The position numbers were made by a program, and so were the translations under genes. Below the pieces are notes generated by a model that ran no database searches, was not told where the DNA came from, and was given only the letters and a program-made list of their open reading frames with translations. Of a DNA stretch of 64,000 nucleotides, positions 47,621 to 59,316 are shown in pieces; positions within the stretch are counted from its first letter, which is position 1, and every line of letters begins with the position of its first letter. This DNA comes from Deltaproteobacteria bacterium (GTDB lineage Bacteria > Desulfobacterota_D > UBA1144 > Nemesobacterales > UBA2774): positions 632,692 to 696,691 of the forward strand of contig JAVKFU010000015.1 in NCBI GenBank assembly GCA_040223695.1. Direction: 5' to 3'.

Positions 47621-47791
47621 TAGTACATACTTACCCGTACACAAATCTTTCAGCATCTAATTGTTCAAATATCACTTTCATTCTGAGTCCAATCGAAGGA
47701 TACCATTGCGAAGGGGCGAAGCAAGGTACGACAACCTCCCTTCCTTCCCTGATTTACAATCTAAGTCCCCGCCAAAACGTCTTGCTCACCT

Positions 47792-48757
47792 CTACCGCCC
47801 AGCCTCTACAAACTCTACAATCTCCCCAGCGTTCACGTTCAACGAGCTTATCCTGTGCACCCCACCCTCCGTCGTAACGAACTCGTGCCTTATACTCGCT
47901 TCTGTAAGCGCGTCTGCAAACGCCTTGCTCTCCGTCCAGGGAACAACGCAGTCCCCCGTGCCGTGCGCGACGTACATGGGCGGGTCAGAAGCGTCCAGAT
48001 GCGTCGCCGGGTCCGCAAGCTCGATATCCTCGGGCCTGCACCCGTCTACGTTGTACCTGTCCTTGTCCATATCCGGGCAGTCGAGCAGCTCAAGCGCGGG
48101 GCTGGAGTAGCCCGGCTTCATGCAGTTCTTGTCCTCTATCTGCCGCCTTTTTTCCTCGGCGAGCGTCGCCATGTTATAAGGCGCGAAGAAAAGCACCGCC
48201 GCCGATACTTCCATAGAGACCCCCGGGTTCTCAGTTCCTTCCAGCTCCGTAACGCCGGTTGTTACAGCGGCCAGCGCGGCGAGGTGCGCTCCGGCAGATT
48301 CCCCCGCAAGTATAATCCTGCCGGGATCAACGCCAAGTTCTTCAGCATGAATTTTTATCCACCTAATAGCCGCCTTTATGTCGAACACTATCTCGGGCCA
48401 GGGGGCGGATTCATCGCCCGCGTACCTGTAATCGACCGATATAATCTGGTATCCCCCAATAGACGCCATATCGAACGCAATCGGGTCCACATTCTCCTTT
48501 ATACCCCTTATCCATCCCCCGCCGTGTATCCACACAAGAGCCGGGCGCGGCCCATTCACGCCCTTAAGGCGGTAGAGGTCGAGCCTTTGAAGCTTCGTAC
48601 CTCCTTCGACATAAGAGAATGTTTCAGGCTTTTCTTCGAGCCGGTACTCACCCGCCGTCCCCTGCCCGTTGCCTGAGCATGACGCGCCGCCCCTGCAGCC
48701 TGAAACCGCTATCATGATAAGTAAGGTTATTAGTGATACGGATCTAAAAAGTGACAT
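47792..48757 (-). CDS. secreted alpha/beta-hydrolase (esterase/lipase, HSL-like fold-3 family)
   Basis: HGGGW oxyanion motif, GESAGA nucleophile elbow, and a Cys lipobox or signal. Confidence 0.8.
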   Translation of the reverse strand: MSLFRSVSLITLLIMIAVSGCRGGASCSGNGQGTAGEYRLEEKPETFSYVEGGTKLQRLDLYRLKGVNGPRPALVWIHGGGWIRGIKENVDPIAFDMASIGGYQIISVDYRYAGDESAPWPEIVFDIKAAIRWIKIHAEELGVDPGRIILAGESAGAHLAALAAVTTGVTELEGTENPGVSMEVSAAVLFFAPYNMATLAEEKRRQIEDKNCMKPGYSSPALELLDCPDMDKDRYNVDGCRPEDIELADPATHLDASDPPMYVAHGTGDCVVPWTESKAFADALTEASIRHEFVTTEGGVHRISSLNVNAGEIVEFVEAGR

Positions 48758-48843
48758 CGGTAAAACCCGGATATATGTTTGAGGTACTATCTTAAACGAT
48801 TGCGAGATTACATCAACTTTTCATCCCGGCCCGTCCTCTCTCT

Positions 48844-49689
48844 TCACGGTTTGTCCCAATCAAGGAGGCTTCCCCAGGAAACATTCCCTGGCTCGTATCT
48901 CTTCGTAGTAATAACGTCCACATAGCCCCCGGAGGCCTCCTCAGCCGCCCTGACGAGCTGGTTTAAGTCCCCGAGCGAGTCGCTTTTCCTCAAGAGGAAT
49001 TCCTTCGTATTATAATAACTCCTGTCCCTCATCCGTATCCTGAGCGAGTACCATTCTCTATCCGGGGTCTGACCGTCCCCGTGCTGCACTAGTTCCAGAT
49101 ACCATATATCCTCGAACTTCAGATGAACAGGCTTTATGCTCTCCTCCGTGCTGTAAACGATTCCCTCATATGTAACGTTTACGTACATATTATAAAACCA
49201 CAAATTGGCCGCCGCGCATACAATGCCGGCTGCGATCGCAACAGCCTTATACCGTGGTATCTCTCTATAAAGGGGCCATCCTTCATAGGTCCTGAGTAGA
49301 AATTTTCTGACATCGTCCTCCCCTCGCCTCGCGTAAAGATAAGAAAAAACGAACAGCATCAGGAAAAGCGCCATCAGCGCGGACGGAAAAACCGGGTACA
49401 TAAAAAAATCAGTGTATCTGGACGAGTACAGGAGCCCGGAGCCACTCGCGAAATCCCACAGGAGATATGCCTGAACTATGCTCAGGAACAAAGCGGCGAA
49501 CAGATAAATAAAGAATATGTGTAGGTAGTCCCTCGTTTTAAATTTATAAGGTGTTAATCCGTGCCCGAGGGTTTTTATCTCTCCGGACGCAAAATAATCC
49601 TTCAGGCTGATTGGGAAAAAAACAGCCAATATAACAGCGGCAACCAAAGGAAAGCCTACCGCCAGATATGCCTCCCAGCTCATGCCCAC
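48844..49689 (-). CDS. hypothetical integral membrane protein
   Basis: At least five hydrophobic helices. No motif recognised. Confidence 0.45.
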   Translation of the reverse strand: MGMSWEAYLAVGFPLVAAVILAVFFPISLKDYFASGEIKTLGHGLTPYKFKTRDYLHIFFIYLFAALFLSIVQAYLLWDFASGSGLLYSSRYTDFFMYPVFPSALMALFLMLFVFSYLYARRGEDDVRKFLLRTYEGWPLYREIPRYKAVAIAAGIVCAAANLWFYNMYVNVTYEGIVYSTEESIKPVHLKFEDIWYLELVQHGDGQTPDREWYSLRIRMRDRSYYNTKEFLLRKSDSLGDLNQLVRAAEEASGGYVDVITTKRYEPGNVSWGSLLDWDKP

Positions 49690-50760
49690 CCGTAGGGTCC
49701 TCCTGAGAAAAGATATTCAAAATATATCCTACCTCCCCGCAACTTTCACCGTTTTCCGCTATTTATTTTTTATTCCTTCCCTCTGTGAGTGGAAGGTCAG
49801 GACAGGGTGTCATTTCGACCAATAGGAGAAATCTTGTCTTCGCCTTATCGCCGTCATTGCGAGGCTGCAGCAACCGCGGTAATTCCATCTTCCATCCCTT
49901 CTGTTGTAGGAGGGGCATCTTACCGCGAACAAACACCCCCTCATCCTGAGCCCAGTCGAAGGATGTCATGCTTTCATCTTTTGTACGTTATTGCGAGCAT
50001 TCGAAGAATGCGCGGCAATCTTGAATCCGCCACTACTATTATGAACAAGTAACAGTTCTGAGCAAGCGAAGAACTGGTCGCCCTTAGCCAAATGCAATAA
50101 TGATATTGTTTTGCTGAAGATTTACTGTACCCAAAATAAATCGTGTCCATTTGTTGCGTATAACCGTGAAATTATCCCATGTATTCTTTCATCTCTGATA
50201 GATTTCAGAACCCCTTATTGAGTAGAAAAAATATATAACATATATTCAATATGTTTACTATATCACATAGTTTAATACCTTTCTTTTTTTCCTGAGCCAG
50301 AGCCATGGATTCCATAGTTAAAGTTAAATATCACCGTGCCCGGAGGGTCTGTTAAAGTAAAAAACGAACCGTTAATGAAGATTATGTAATATTTTATGTT
50401 TACTATTATATATATTAAGTACAAGATCTTAGCTTCCATATTTTATATATACTTTATATTTTCTCATGCCTTTCCAATAATACTTAACAAACTTCAATTC
50501 AGAATACAGGTACTAAATTAGAATGCACTTTAAGTCGTTTTTGCGCACTTTGCATGCCCTATTTCCCCTATGGCTCTTGTAATTCTTTCATTGTTGTGGC
50601 TATCAACTCTTGGCAAACTCGAGAAAGCCGGGCGTTTACCCCACAACCTGCAATGCATCAGCACAGTGAATAAATTGCAATTTTCTCTCCCTCTATTTTC
50701 AAACGTCTCGGGATTCGGATAGACTGTCATATATTCCATCCCTGAGCCAAGGAGTAAAAC

Positions 50761-51642
50761 ATGATATTGTTGACTGGCGCTACCGGCACGACGGGCCGTA
50801 GAGTTGCCAGGCGGTTATCAAAGTGGGGATATAAATTCAGCGCTCTGGTGAGAGACCCCGAAAAGGCGCAGAACCTGAAGTCTTCCAAAATAGAACTTAT
50901 AAAGGGCAATCTCGATAAGCCCGATTCTCTTAAAAGGGCAATGGACGGTATCGAACATGCTTTTCTCCTGTCGCCAAACACCGAAAATCAGGTAAGGCTT
51001 GAAAAGAACTTCATTGAGGCCGCAAGGGAATCCGGTGTACGTTATATCGTAAAATACTCCGCCATCGGTGCCGACCCCAACTCCCACTGCGATCTGCTTC
51101 GTTGGCACGGAGAGTCCGAGGAGTATCTGGAGCACTCGGGACTTAGATATTCCATTGTCAGACCGAATATCTTTATGCAGAATTTCGTCAACTTCTACGG
51201 TGTCCCCATAAGGGAAAACAGGGAGTTCCACCTCCCGCTCAAAGACGCTAAATGCGGATGGGTGGATGTAAGAGACATAGGAAGACTGATTGCAAAGATA
51301 CTAACTCAAAACGGTAACGCCGAAAAAATATACACCGTTACTGGGCCCGAGTCCCTGAGCGCTGAGGAATTGGCTGATATCTTTTCCCACGCCTTAGGAA
51401 AGAAGGTCAAGTACATAGACATTAAACCCAAGGAGTTTAAAAAAGACCTGCTGAGCGGAGGCGTATCCGAAACACTGGCTTCGGCCTACACTGAGCTGTA
51501 CAAACTCGTAAGTGATGGCCTCTGCGACGTAGTAACCGATACATTCTACGAGACCACGGAAAAACAGCCCCGCACCTTCGATGAATTCGTGGACGATAAT
51601 CTGTCCGAATTCCTCAAAAAGAAATCCAAGTCCAAGAAGTAA
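50761..51642 (+). CDS. NmrA-like/SDR-family NAD(P)-binding protein
   Basis: ILLTGATGTTGRRVARRL Rossmann motif, with an NmrA-like C-terminal half. Confidence 0.8.
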   Translation: MILLTGATGTTGRRVARRLSKWGYKFSALVRDPEKAQNLKSSKIELIKGNLDKPDSLKRAMDGIEHAFLLSPNTENQVRLEKNFIEAARESGVRYIVKYSAIGADPNSHCDLLRWHGESEEYLEHSGLRYSIVRPNIFMQNFVNFYGVPIRENREFHLPLKDAKCGWVDVRDIGRLIAKILTQNGNAEKIYTVTGPESLSAEELADIFSHALGKKVKYIDIKPKEFKKDLLSGGVSETLASAYTELYKLVSDGLCDVVTDTFYETTEKQPRTFDEFVDDNLSEFLKKKSKSKK

Positions 51643-51984
51643 TTACTACTTAATATGGCCAGGTGCGCGTAAACAAACCCCCTCATCCTGAGCTTGTCGA
51701 AGGATGTAATTCTTTTGTCTTTTGCCTTTCCAACATTCACAGAATTAGCGTTAAGAAAATAGCACGAAGCAACCTCGTCTTTTCATCGCTCCGTAGGAGC
51801 CGCCTCTTGCCGCAAACAAAGACTTGTTTATACCGAACGCACTCACTGTGTGCAGTCGAAGAATGCCATATCAATTGACGTAAGCAAGCAAATATTTAGG
51901 TCTTATTGCATTTAAATCTGGTAATACCGGAATAAATTAGCCACCCTCGAAAAAATGCAATCAAGTGCCTCTATACACAAAAAA

Positions 51985-53241
51985 CTAAACTCCTCTCCCT
52001 TCTCTCCCCTCTCTTCCACTCACAGTGAAAATAAGCATCAGAGCTGCTAGTAACGCAATAATAGAGAAAACAACCAGGGGCAGCCTGACAAACATTGCCG
52101 CGAGAAAACCCGCCCCCAATCCCGACGCCACCTCAGCCGCGACTTCAAGCGAGAGATTATTCCCTAGCACACTCCCCTGCTCGTCGAGACCGGCTTTCAG
52201 TGAAAGCATTGACGCCGAGGCAGGAAGCGCTACCGCAAGCGCGAGTCCGGGAAGAAATATCGTTACCCAGAGGGCGGGCTCAGGCTGCGGAACAATGACG
52301 AATACCATAAAAATCGCGAAGAGTATCATCGAGAAAAGTGTAATCGTTCTCGGCGTGTAGAACATTGCAAGAAACCCCGTGAGCCATATGCTTGCTATCA
52401 CCACGGGTACTGCGTTCCATGCGATAAAATTAGATACCTTTGACACTCCCATACCGAACTCGTCCACCAGATACATGGGGAACGCCCGGAAGAATCCGAA
52501 GATAGCGAAATAGACGAGGAAATTTATAAGGTAAATAACCCTGAGCTTTCCCGGAGAAAACACTGCCAGAAAACTCGTGACCGCTTCCCGGTAATTCACA
52601 CCGGTTCTTGTTTCCGGGGGGCGGGTCTCCCTGAAGAGCGCATATGTGAATATCGTAGTCAGTACCAGAAGTATGAAGACAGCCCAGTAAGGTGTTGCGT
52701 AGCTGAACCACGGCACGAGGTCCTTATCCGCGAGCTTGCCCCCGACCAGCGGCCCTATTAAGAACGCGCCGCTGGCGCTCAGACTGATATACGCGAACAG
52801 CCTTGTCCTGTTTTTGACAGTAGTCACGTCGGATACAGAGCTTTGGGCGATTACAATATTCCCCTCCGCAAGTCCTGTTATAAAAGCCGCGGCCATGAAC
52901 AGTGTCAGATTTTTTATTTCGAGGGAATAAGCAAAGACCGCGTAGAAGAAGGTGGTTATCAATAATGAGACGAGAAGCACGGGTCTCCTGCCAAAACCGT
53001 CAGATATCGCCCCTATGATCGGCGATCCGAAGAACTGTCCGAGAGGATAAATGGCAAGCACTATACCTAGCGCAATAGTGCGGTCTGTGTCGAATGGAAA
53101 CGAGCTTAGAATCCCCCCTGTATTCTCCAGAATCAGAGGGGTCATAATTGTAATCATTAGGCTGTAGCCGAGAAACCCGATGAAAATTACGATATACAAA
53201 GGAAGCAATCGGAATAATCCGGAGCCCTGCCGGTCTGTCAT
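51985..53241 (-). CDS. MFS transporter
   Basis: 12 predicted TM helices. G-x-x-x-D-(R/K)-x-G-R-(R/K)-like loop at GAISDGFGRRP. Confidence 0.8.
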   Translation of the reverse strand: MTDRQGSGLFRLLPLYIVIFIGFLGYSLMITIMTPLILENTGGILSSFPFDTDRTIALGIVLAIYPLGQFFGSPIIGAISDGFGRRPVLLVSLLITTFFYAVFAYSLEIKNLTLFMAAAFITGLAEGNIVIAQSSVSDVTTVKNRTRLFAYISLSASGAFLIGPLVGGKLADKDLVPWFSYATPYWAVFILLVLTTIFTYALFRETRPPETRTGVNYREAVTSFLAVFSPGKLRVIYLINFLVYFAIFGFFRAFPMYLVDEFGMGVSKVSNFIAWNAVPVVIASIWLTGFLAMFYTPRTITLFSMILFAIFMVFVIVPQPEPALWVTIFLPGLALAVALPASASMLSLKAGLDEQGSVLGNNLSLEVAAEVASGLGAGFLAAMFVRLPLVVFSIIALLAALMLIFTVSGREGREGRGV

Positions 53242-53754
53242 AGGATAATCCTCCTCCCGTTATAAGGGAGAAACCGGCAACTAATATAATATATGAGCGT
53301 GACTATTTATAGTTTTTTATTCTTAAAGCTGACGAGCGATAGCTTTATCAACTTTGGTACATGGGGTTGATTTACTCCCCCTGGCATAGTTGTATTAAAT
53401 AAAAGGAACAGTACACACTTACCCCAATAACAATTATGCTATTCAGCATCCGACGGTCGAATTCCTAAACTAAACCAAATCAGATCAGGATAGGTGCCCT
53501 TTAGAATAAACCGATTCCCGTCACTCCGAAGGGGCAATGCTCCTGCGGCAATCCCACATCCGTCATTCTGAATTCATTTCAGAATCTCATCTTTTGCCTT
53601 TACCTCTCCCGACATTCACGGAATTGGCATTGAGAAGATATCTTTATCCAAATTTTTCTTGTCATTTCGACCCCTTCGATAAACTCAGGATATACTCTCC
53701 GCTGCAATTCCGTTTTTGTCCTTTATTTCCCGCTTAGCAAAAGCGGGTCGATCC

Positions 53755-54216
53755 CTACTCGCAGTTATTCTCCTTAGCCTGCTTCTTTAGAGCGTCCAGT
53801 TTTGCGTATGTCTCTGCAGCGTTTTTCTTTGCAACGTCAAGCTCCGCTTTCGCTTCCTGCTCACCGGACGTTAGTTTTTCGTATTCCTCAAGCGTTCCCT
53901 TACAGTAATCCCCGCCGTGGTCCTCCCCGGATTCACACTCCTCCGCGGTATCTGCAATCGGTTTTTCAGATCCGGCATAGGTATCCGAATGAAGCTGCTT
54001 ATAATACTTGTCCCAGTTCCGAAACGCTTTCACCTGCTCGTCGTGTGCGTCCTTGTATCCTTTCTCCGCTTCCTTTATCTCTACGGATAATTCCGTGCAG
54101 TCAACATCCTGCCCGTGGGACGAATCATAACCACCTGACAAAACAATTATCGAAAGCCCGGCGATAATCGCCAATCTTAAACCCTTACGTCTCAGCATCA
54201 ATTCCCTCCTGATCAA
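53755..54216 (-). CDS. hypothetical secreted coiled-coil protein
   Basis: Signal peptide, K/E-rich and helical, four Cys. Confidence 0.4.
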   Translation of the reverse strand: MIRRELMLRRKGLRLAIIAGLSIIVLSGGYDSSHGQDVDCTELSVEIKEAEKGYKDAHDEQVKAFRNWDKYYKQLHSDTYAGSEKPIADTAEECESGEDHGGDYCKGTLEEYEKLTSGEQEAKAELDVAKKNAAETYAKLDALKKQAKENNCE

Positions 54217-54412
54217 GATTTGCCTAAATCAAATTAGTTATTCTCAATTATATCAAACCCACCTGAAATTACACACAATAAATTAAGAGTAAAATTCTTT
54301 TTTTTACTTGAAATTCCAAACCCTTAGACTCCCTGGCAATTCACCGGATTTTTGATATTGCAATAGATTATGTTATTTTCAATCCGTTTTGAGAGAACAT
54401 TAGGAGGCAAAA

Positions 54413-55909
54413 ATGAAAAACTGCATTACCGCTGCAATCGTCTTTTTTCTTATTTCAACATTAGCGGATACAAATCTTTACTCGCAGGAAAACATCGAAG
54501 GCCTTGACGCCTTCATAGAGTTGGCAATGGAGCAATACGGGGTGCCCGGGGCGGTGGTCGCGGTTGTTAAAGACGGGGAGGTCGTCTATCTCAAGGGACA
54601 CGGCTTGAGAAAAATCGGCTCTAAAGAGAAAGTAAATGAAGATACCGTATTCCAGCTTGCCTCGGTTACCAAGACATTTACCGCCGCCTCCGTAGCTTCG
54701 ATGGTAGACAGGGACAAGATCACGTTCGATGATAAAGTAGTGAATATAATCCCGAACTTTTCTCTGAAAGACCCCTACCCCACGCGTTACACGACGCCGC
54801 GCGATCTCCTCGCACACAGGACCGGGCTCCCCGCGTTTACCGGGGATTTATTCGACCACCTGGGTTACACGAGAAAGGAAGTCATCGAGAGGATTCGCTA
54901 TATCGAGCCCGCATGCAGTTTCAGAGAGGAGGCAAACTACTCCAACATCGGGTACTTCCTCGCCGGCGAAGTAGCCGCATACGCGGCGGGTAAAGAATGG
55001 GAGGAAGTTGTGGAAGAGAATCTGTTAAAGCCGATGGGGATGAAACATACCGGCTTCACGAGGACGCTCAGCAAGGAAAAAAACGTAGCCTCCCCTCACG
55101 CGCTCGTCGATGGCGAGACTCGTGTAATTCCCCCTAATCAGCAGATGGTGCTTGCCCCCGCAGGGGCGATGACATCCACAGCCTCGGACCTCTCGCGTTA
55201 TATGACAATGCTCCTTTCAGGCGGAAAATACGACGGCAAGGAAGTACTGAAACAGGATTCTATAAGCGAAATGTTCACGCCAGCTATGGTAGACAAACCG
55301 AGCTTCTCGGAGGTTCCCCCGATTTCGGAAGAAACGGGATTCGATTACGGACTCGCATGGGGTATCTACTACTGGAAGAACCATAAAATTCTTGAAAAAG
55401 GCGGCGCCCTCGACGGTATGAGGTCCGTAGTCGTTCTCGTGCCTGAAATAGATCTCGGCATAGCCGTCCTCGCGAACATGAATCTGACTGTTCTGCCCGA
55501 AGCAGTCCGGGCATTTATTCTTGAGAATTATCTCGGGCAGGCTGGGTACGATATGCAGGCGGAAATCATGGAAAGATCCAAAAAGATCGCATCCATGCTG
55601 GGGCTCGACACCACTGCGAAACCGGAGAACCCACAGCCTCCTAGTAAAGATCTAAGCGCCTATACGGGTACCTATGAAAATGAGCTTTACGGGCAATTAG
55701 TCATTTTAAAGGACGTTGATAATTTAAAGGCAGAAGCCGGCCCCGCGAAATACACGGGCAAGCTGACGCATGTAAACTTCGATACTTTCTATTTAAAATG
55801 GCCCATATTCATATCCGCTCCGAATGAGGTAACTTTCTTAATCGACGCCGAAGGTAACGTAACAGAATTTCTCGACAGCGGACTCGGCACATTCAAAAAA
55901 GTGAAGTAA
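54413..55909 (+). CDS. serine hydrolase, beta-lactamase family (class C/esterase-like) with C-terminal extension
   Basis: Signal peptide. SVTKTF provides the S-x-x-K active-site motif. About 500 aa. Confidence 0.8.
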   Translation: MKNCITAAIVFFLISTLADTNLYSQENIEGLDAFIELAMEQYGVPGAVVAVVKDGEVVYLKGHGLRKIGSKEKVNEDTVFQLASVTKTFTAASVASMVDRDKITFDDKVVNIIPNFSLKDPYPTRYTTPRDLLAHRTGLPAFTGDLFDHLGYTRKEVIERIRYIEPACSFREEANYSNIGYFLAGEVAAYAAGKEWEEVVEENLLKPMGMKHTGFTRTLSKEKNVASPHALVDGETRVIPPNQQMVLAPAGAMTSTASDLSRYMTMLLSGGKYDGKEVLKQDSISEMFTPAMVDKPSFSEVPPISEETGFDYGLAWGIYYWKNHKILEKGGALDGMRSVVVLVPEIDLGIAVLANMNLTVLPEAVRAFILENYLGQAGYDMQAEIMERSKKIASMLGLDTTAKPENPQPPSKDLSAYTGTYENELYGQLVILKDVDNLKAEAGPAKYTGKLTHVNFDTFYLKWPIFISAPNEVTFLIDAEGNVTEFLDSGLGTFKKVK

Positions 55910-56077
55910 ATTCAATAGTAACACGTCGCGCCAAAACCAGATATTCGACGAATGAGCGAATTTCAAATATTCAGATACTTTTTCCTTCCTCTCCTGGAGG
56001 GAGGAGAAGCTCGGGACGCGGAATGATTTTAATATTAAATTCGCGGTATGATTATTACTTTCCGCACCACACTAAAT

Positions 56078-56329
56078 CTACGGCCCTGTACACGGCACGT
56101 CCGGCGGTGCATCCCACGCCATAATATCCGTACACCTTTCTAGGTCAGCGCAGCTGATTTGAAACGCCTTATCCTCAGGGTCTGCCGCCGCCAGCCTCTC
56201 AACGCCCACCGGAATATTATTGCAAACACTCGGATCAAACCCGTCTTCCTCGGCGGTCTGCTGTCCCGCGCAGGCGCCGAGCGCGAGAGCCCCGATCATA
56301 AGAGCCGCATATAAACTCTTCCCTGTCAT
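56078..56329 (-). CDS. small Cys-containing lipoprotein
   Basis: ALALGACAG lipobox and six Cys. RBS aggagg lies upstream. Confidence 0.4.
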   Translation of the reverse strand: MTGKSLYAALMIGALALGACAGQQTAEEDGFDPSVCNNIPVGVERLAAADPEDKAFQISCADLERCTDIMAWDAPPDVPCTGP

Positions 56330-56570
56330 TAATCAATCCTCCTTATGCTAATTTTCGCAATCTCATTATACACTAAAAAAAGCGGTCTTTAGCTAAATAA
56401 TCCACAAGCGGTATAAAGCCTTTCGTCCTGAGCTTGTCGAAGGACGTACAACAAATGATACTTTGTTATCAATTGTAAAAGCCTCATTGCCCGCCCGCTT
56501 TATTTCCGTTTCTTCTCTTCCCGGCACTGGCGCTTATTCCTCAAATCCGTAAAAATAATATTCAAAGACA

Positions 56571-57194
56571 ATGAGTAGAAAATCAACTTACCTCATTCCC
56601 TCCCGCACCGTTACCGCCGAGCAGGAGATAAAAAAGAGCAGGTTCATCACAACGGCGGGCCATGCGTCAGATAAAGCCGCAGCCATGCGTTTCGTCGAAT
56701 CGGTACGAAAGGAGCACCCCTCCGCGCACCATAACTGCTACGCATATATAGCGGGGAGCCCGTTCGACACCACTGAAATAGGCTTCAGCGATGACGGAGA
56801 GGTGAACGGCACCGCGGGAAAACCCATCCTTAGCGTGCTTCAGCATAAGGGAATCGGTGAGATTGTTACCGTCGTCACCCGCTATTTCGGCGGCATCAGA
56901 CTCGGCACGGGCGGACTCGTAAGGGCCTATACGGGCTCGGTCACGCTCGCGCTTGATGTATTGCCTTTAAAGAAGCTCGTAACGACGAAGAAGGCCATCA
57001 TCACCGTCCCCTACCAGTATGAAAACGCGGTCAGGCTTGCGCTGGATAAATTCAACATAGCGATAGAGGAGGCAGTCTACACAGACGAGGTTTTGATTGA
57101 AGCCGGAATCCCTGAGGACACGTTAGACAAACTCGCGGATGAAATAATGAATGCCACACGCGGAGCCGCTCGGATCAAGATCAATAAAACTTGA
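56571..57194 (+). CDS. IMPACT/YigZ (UPF0029) family protein
   Basis: KKSRFI...HNCYAY motif characteristic of the YigZ/IMPACT N-domain. About 207 aa. Confidence 0.7.
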   Translation: MSRKSTYLIPSRTVTAEQEIKKSRFITTAGHASDKAAAMRFVESVRKEHPSAHHNCYAYIAGSPFDTTEIGFSDDGEVNGTAGKPILSVLQHKGIGEIVTVVTRYFGGIRLGTGGLVRAYTGSVTLALDVLPLKKLVTTKKAIITVPYQYENAVRLALDKFNIAIEEAVYTDEVLIEAGIPEDTLDKLADEIMNATRGAARIKINKT

Positions 57195-57260
57195 TTTAAA
57201 ACTATATACCTATTGCCTTTATCACACCTACAATTATATTTTTTCGGGAAGGGATCTAAT

Positions 57261-57620
57261 ATGACAGACGACACGACAAGAGTAGGAAATGATATCGACA
57301 CCAATATCGATAAATATTACTACTATCTCAATATGATTACTGAGAACGCCCGGAACGGTTACAATTATATGGTAATAAAATACTGCGCGCTGTCCCTGCC
57401 GCTCATCCCGAGCCTTATAGAAAAAACCAAACAGGATTTTGGCGAATTCGACATCACTACGATCCCAGCGATTGAGCTCGGAGCCAAAATCTGGAGCTTT
57501 CAGGGAAACGAAGAAGGTGTAAAGCAGATCGAGCGCCTTGTCGTATCCTATCCCGAGCTTTCCCCCTGGCGAATCCACATCGACCGCGCTTATAAACAAT
57601 TAAAACAAATCGACCGATAA
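57261..57620 (+). CDS. hypothetical protein
   Basis: Start at MTDDTTRV. No motif recognised. Confidence 0.35.
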   Translation: MTDDTTRVGNDIDTNIDKYYYYLNMITENARNGYNYMVIKYCALSLPLIPSLIEKTKQDFGEFDITTIPAIELGAKIWSFQGNEEGVKQIERLVVSYPELSPWRIHIDRAYKQLKQIDR

Positions 57621-57929
57621 TTTCCCCCCTCTAGTGCCATAATCTTCAAACAAACGTGAAACGCCAAAGGATGCCGCGTCTAACCTACGCGAGAAATCTT
57701 TCTTTATTTTTTATTTCCTTCCCTTCGGAGAGGAACGGTTCTAAGCAACGATTGCGCGCGAGTAAGCAGTCGAAGTAGCTAGTCTAAATGCAAGCCTGCA
57801 ATATTTTATTTCCTTCCCCCCTATAGGGGGGAAGGTCAGGATTGGGGGTGCAGATGCGACTAAAAAGAGCTACCAGACGCCTTCGCTTACCTCGCCATAC
57901 CCCCTAAATCAGCGACCTATATTTCCCTC

Positions 57930-58080
57930 CACGTCATTAAGAACTACGATTGCGAAAAAATGTTTTAGTGCTTTGGGTGGAATTAAAAGATTTTAGCCGC
58001 AATAATCTATTTTTAGCCACATTCTGTGCAGTCGGTGATTTTTGCTTTTTTTCATCAAGGAAAAGAAGAAGTTATTAATG
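57930..58080. repeat. modular composite repeat, partial copy (C-end + D)
   Basis: gtcattaagaactacgattgcgaaaaaatgttttagtgc...ggaattaaaagattttagccgcaataatctatttttagccacattctgtgcagtcggtgatttttgc...catcaaggaaaagaag. Confidence 0.75.
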
Positions 58081-58352
58081 TAGTCACTGCGAGCCGTAAA
58101 GCGGCACAGCAATCTCGTCTTTTGCTTTCCATCGTGAATCCTGAATCGTGCATCTTTCTTCGTTTAAACACCCTCATATTGAGCCAATTCGAAGAATGTA
58201 ATCTATTCATTCCCCTCTTTCCATTATCTCCCTGACTTCTATCGCATTATCCTGAGCAGCACGTCACCCGGTCGCACTTCCCACTTTGAATTCCCACTTA
58301 TATCCTTTATCCTTTTTCCCTGCATTAACAATAAGAGAGGAGCGGAAATAGC

Positions 58353-59144
58353 TTGAAACGCAAAATAATATCTGTGGCAATCATTTCATTACTCTTATAC
58401 CCGGGTTATGCACCCGGGCAGAATAATAGTTCATCACAAGCGGAGAGATCAGCCACGCAGAAAGAAAGCAGATCCGGCGACCAATCACCAAACCTGGAAT
58501 ACGTTCTCACAAATTATTACAAGGCCATAGGCGGTGTACTGAATTGGCGTAATGTACAAACACTGGTCATAACAGGCACGCTGGATACGGGAAGCGCAAA
58601 GCTGTCGACGATTGCAAGAAACATGCGGCCGGACAAGTGCATGGTCGTCTACTCAAAAGACGATTTAAAAATTATCCAGGCCTATAACGGCAGCAGCGCC
58701 TGGGAGCTAAACCCACTGACCGGAATCAACGAGCCTCAGGTAATAAAAGGAGAACTCTCGGAATCCATTAAAGATAAGTGCGATATCGAAGGACCGCTCA
58801 TTGAATTCAGGGAAAAGAACCTGAAAGTCCAGCTTGAGGGCAAGGAAAAGGTAAAGGACGTGGAATCATATAAAATTAAAATTAACTATCCTTCGGGCAA
58901 TGTGCAGTACTACTTCATCGACTCCGAGACTTTTCTCCCGCTCAAAACCGTAAGGGTTATAAAGAGCAGCGGCGGAGAAAACACCGTAACTACTACATTC
59001 AGAAATTATCGCAAATCAGGCGGCATTGTAGTCCCGCACCTTCTCATATTCGAAAACACCGGCCAGACGCCCCCTCACAGACTGATAATAGATTCGGTCA
59101 AGGTCAACTCTCCAATCGATACAGATGTCTTTACTATGCCTTAA
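58353..59144 (+). CDS. hypothetical secreted protein (paralog of 60231..61088; LolA-like size and pattern)
   Basis: Signal peptide. LTNYYKAIGG...WRNVQTLVITGT is shared with the paralog. The LolA-like fold is a guess. Confidence 0.4.
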   Translation: MKRKIISVAIISLLLYPGYAPGQNNSSSQAERSATQKESRSGDQSPNLEYVLTNYYKAIGGVLNWRNVQTLVITGTLDTGSAKLSTIARNMRPDKCMVVYSKDDLKIIQAYNGSSAWELNPLTGINEPQVIKGELSESIKDKCDIEGPLIEFREKNLKVQLEGKEKVKDVESYKIKINYPSGNVQYYFIDSETFLPLKTVRVIKSSGGENTVTTTFRNYRKSGGIVVPHLLIFENTGQTPPHRLIIDSVKVNSPIDTDVFTMP

Positions 59145-59316
59145 ATCTTAAACTCTAAGCCCCAATATAAACTATATTATATCCTGACAAAAAATTCTTA
59201 TTTATAATAAATAGTTATACCAATTAGCTAAAGAAGTGTATCATTATTGTTTAGCGTATCCGGAGCTCCCCTGCAATACCTGCTTGACGGATTCGACCAG
59301 ACAGGCAGAAGAAAAT

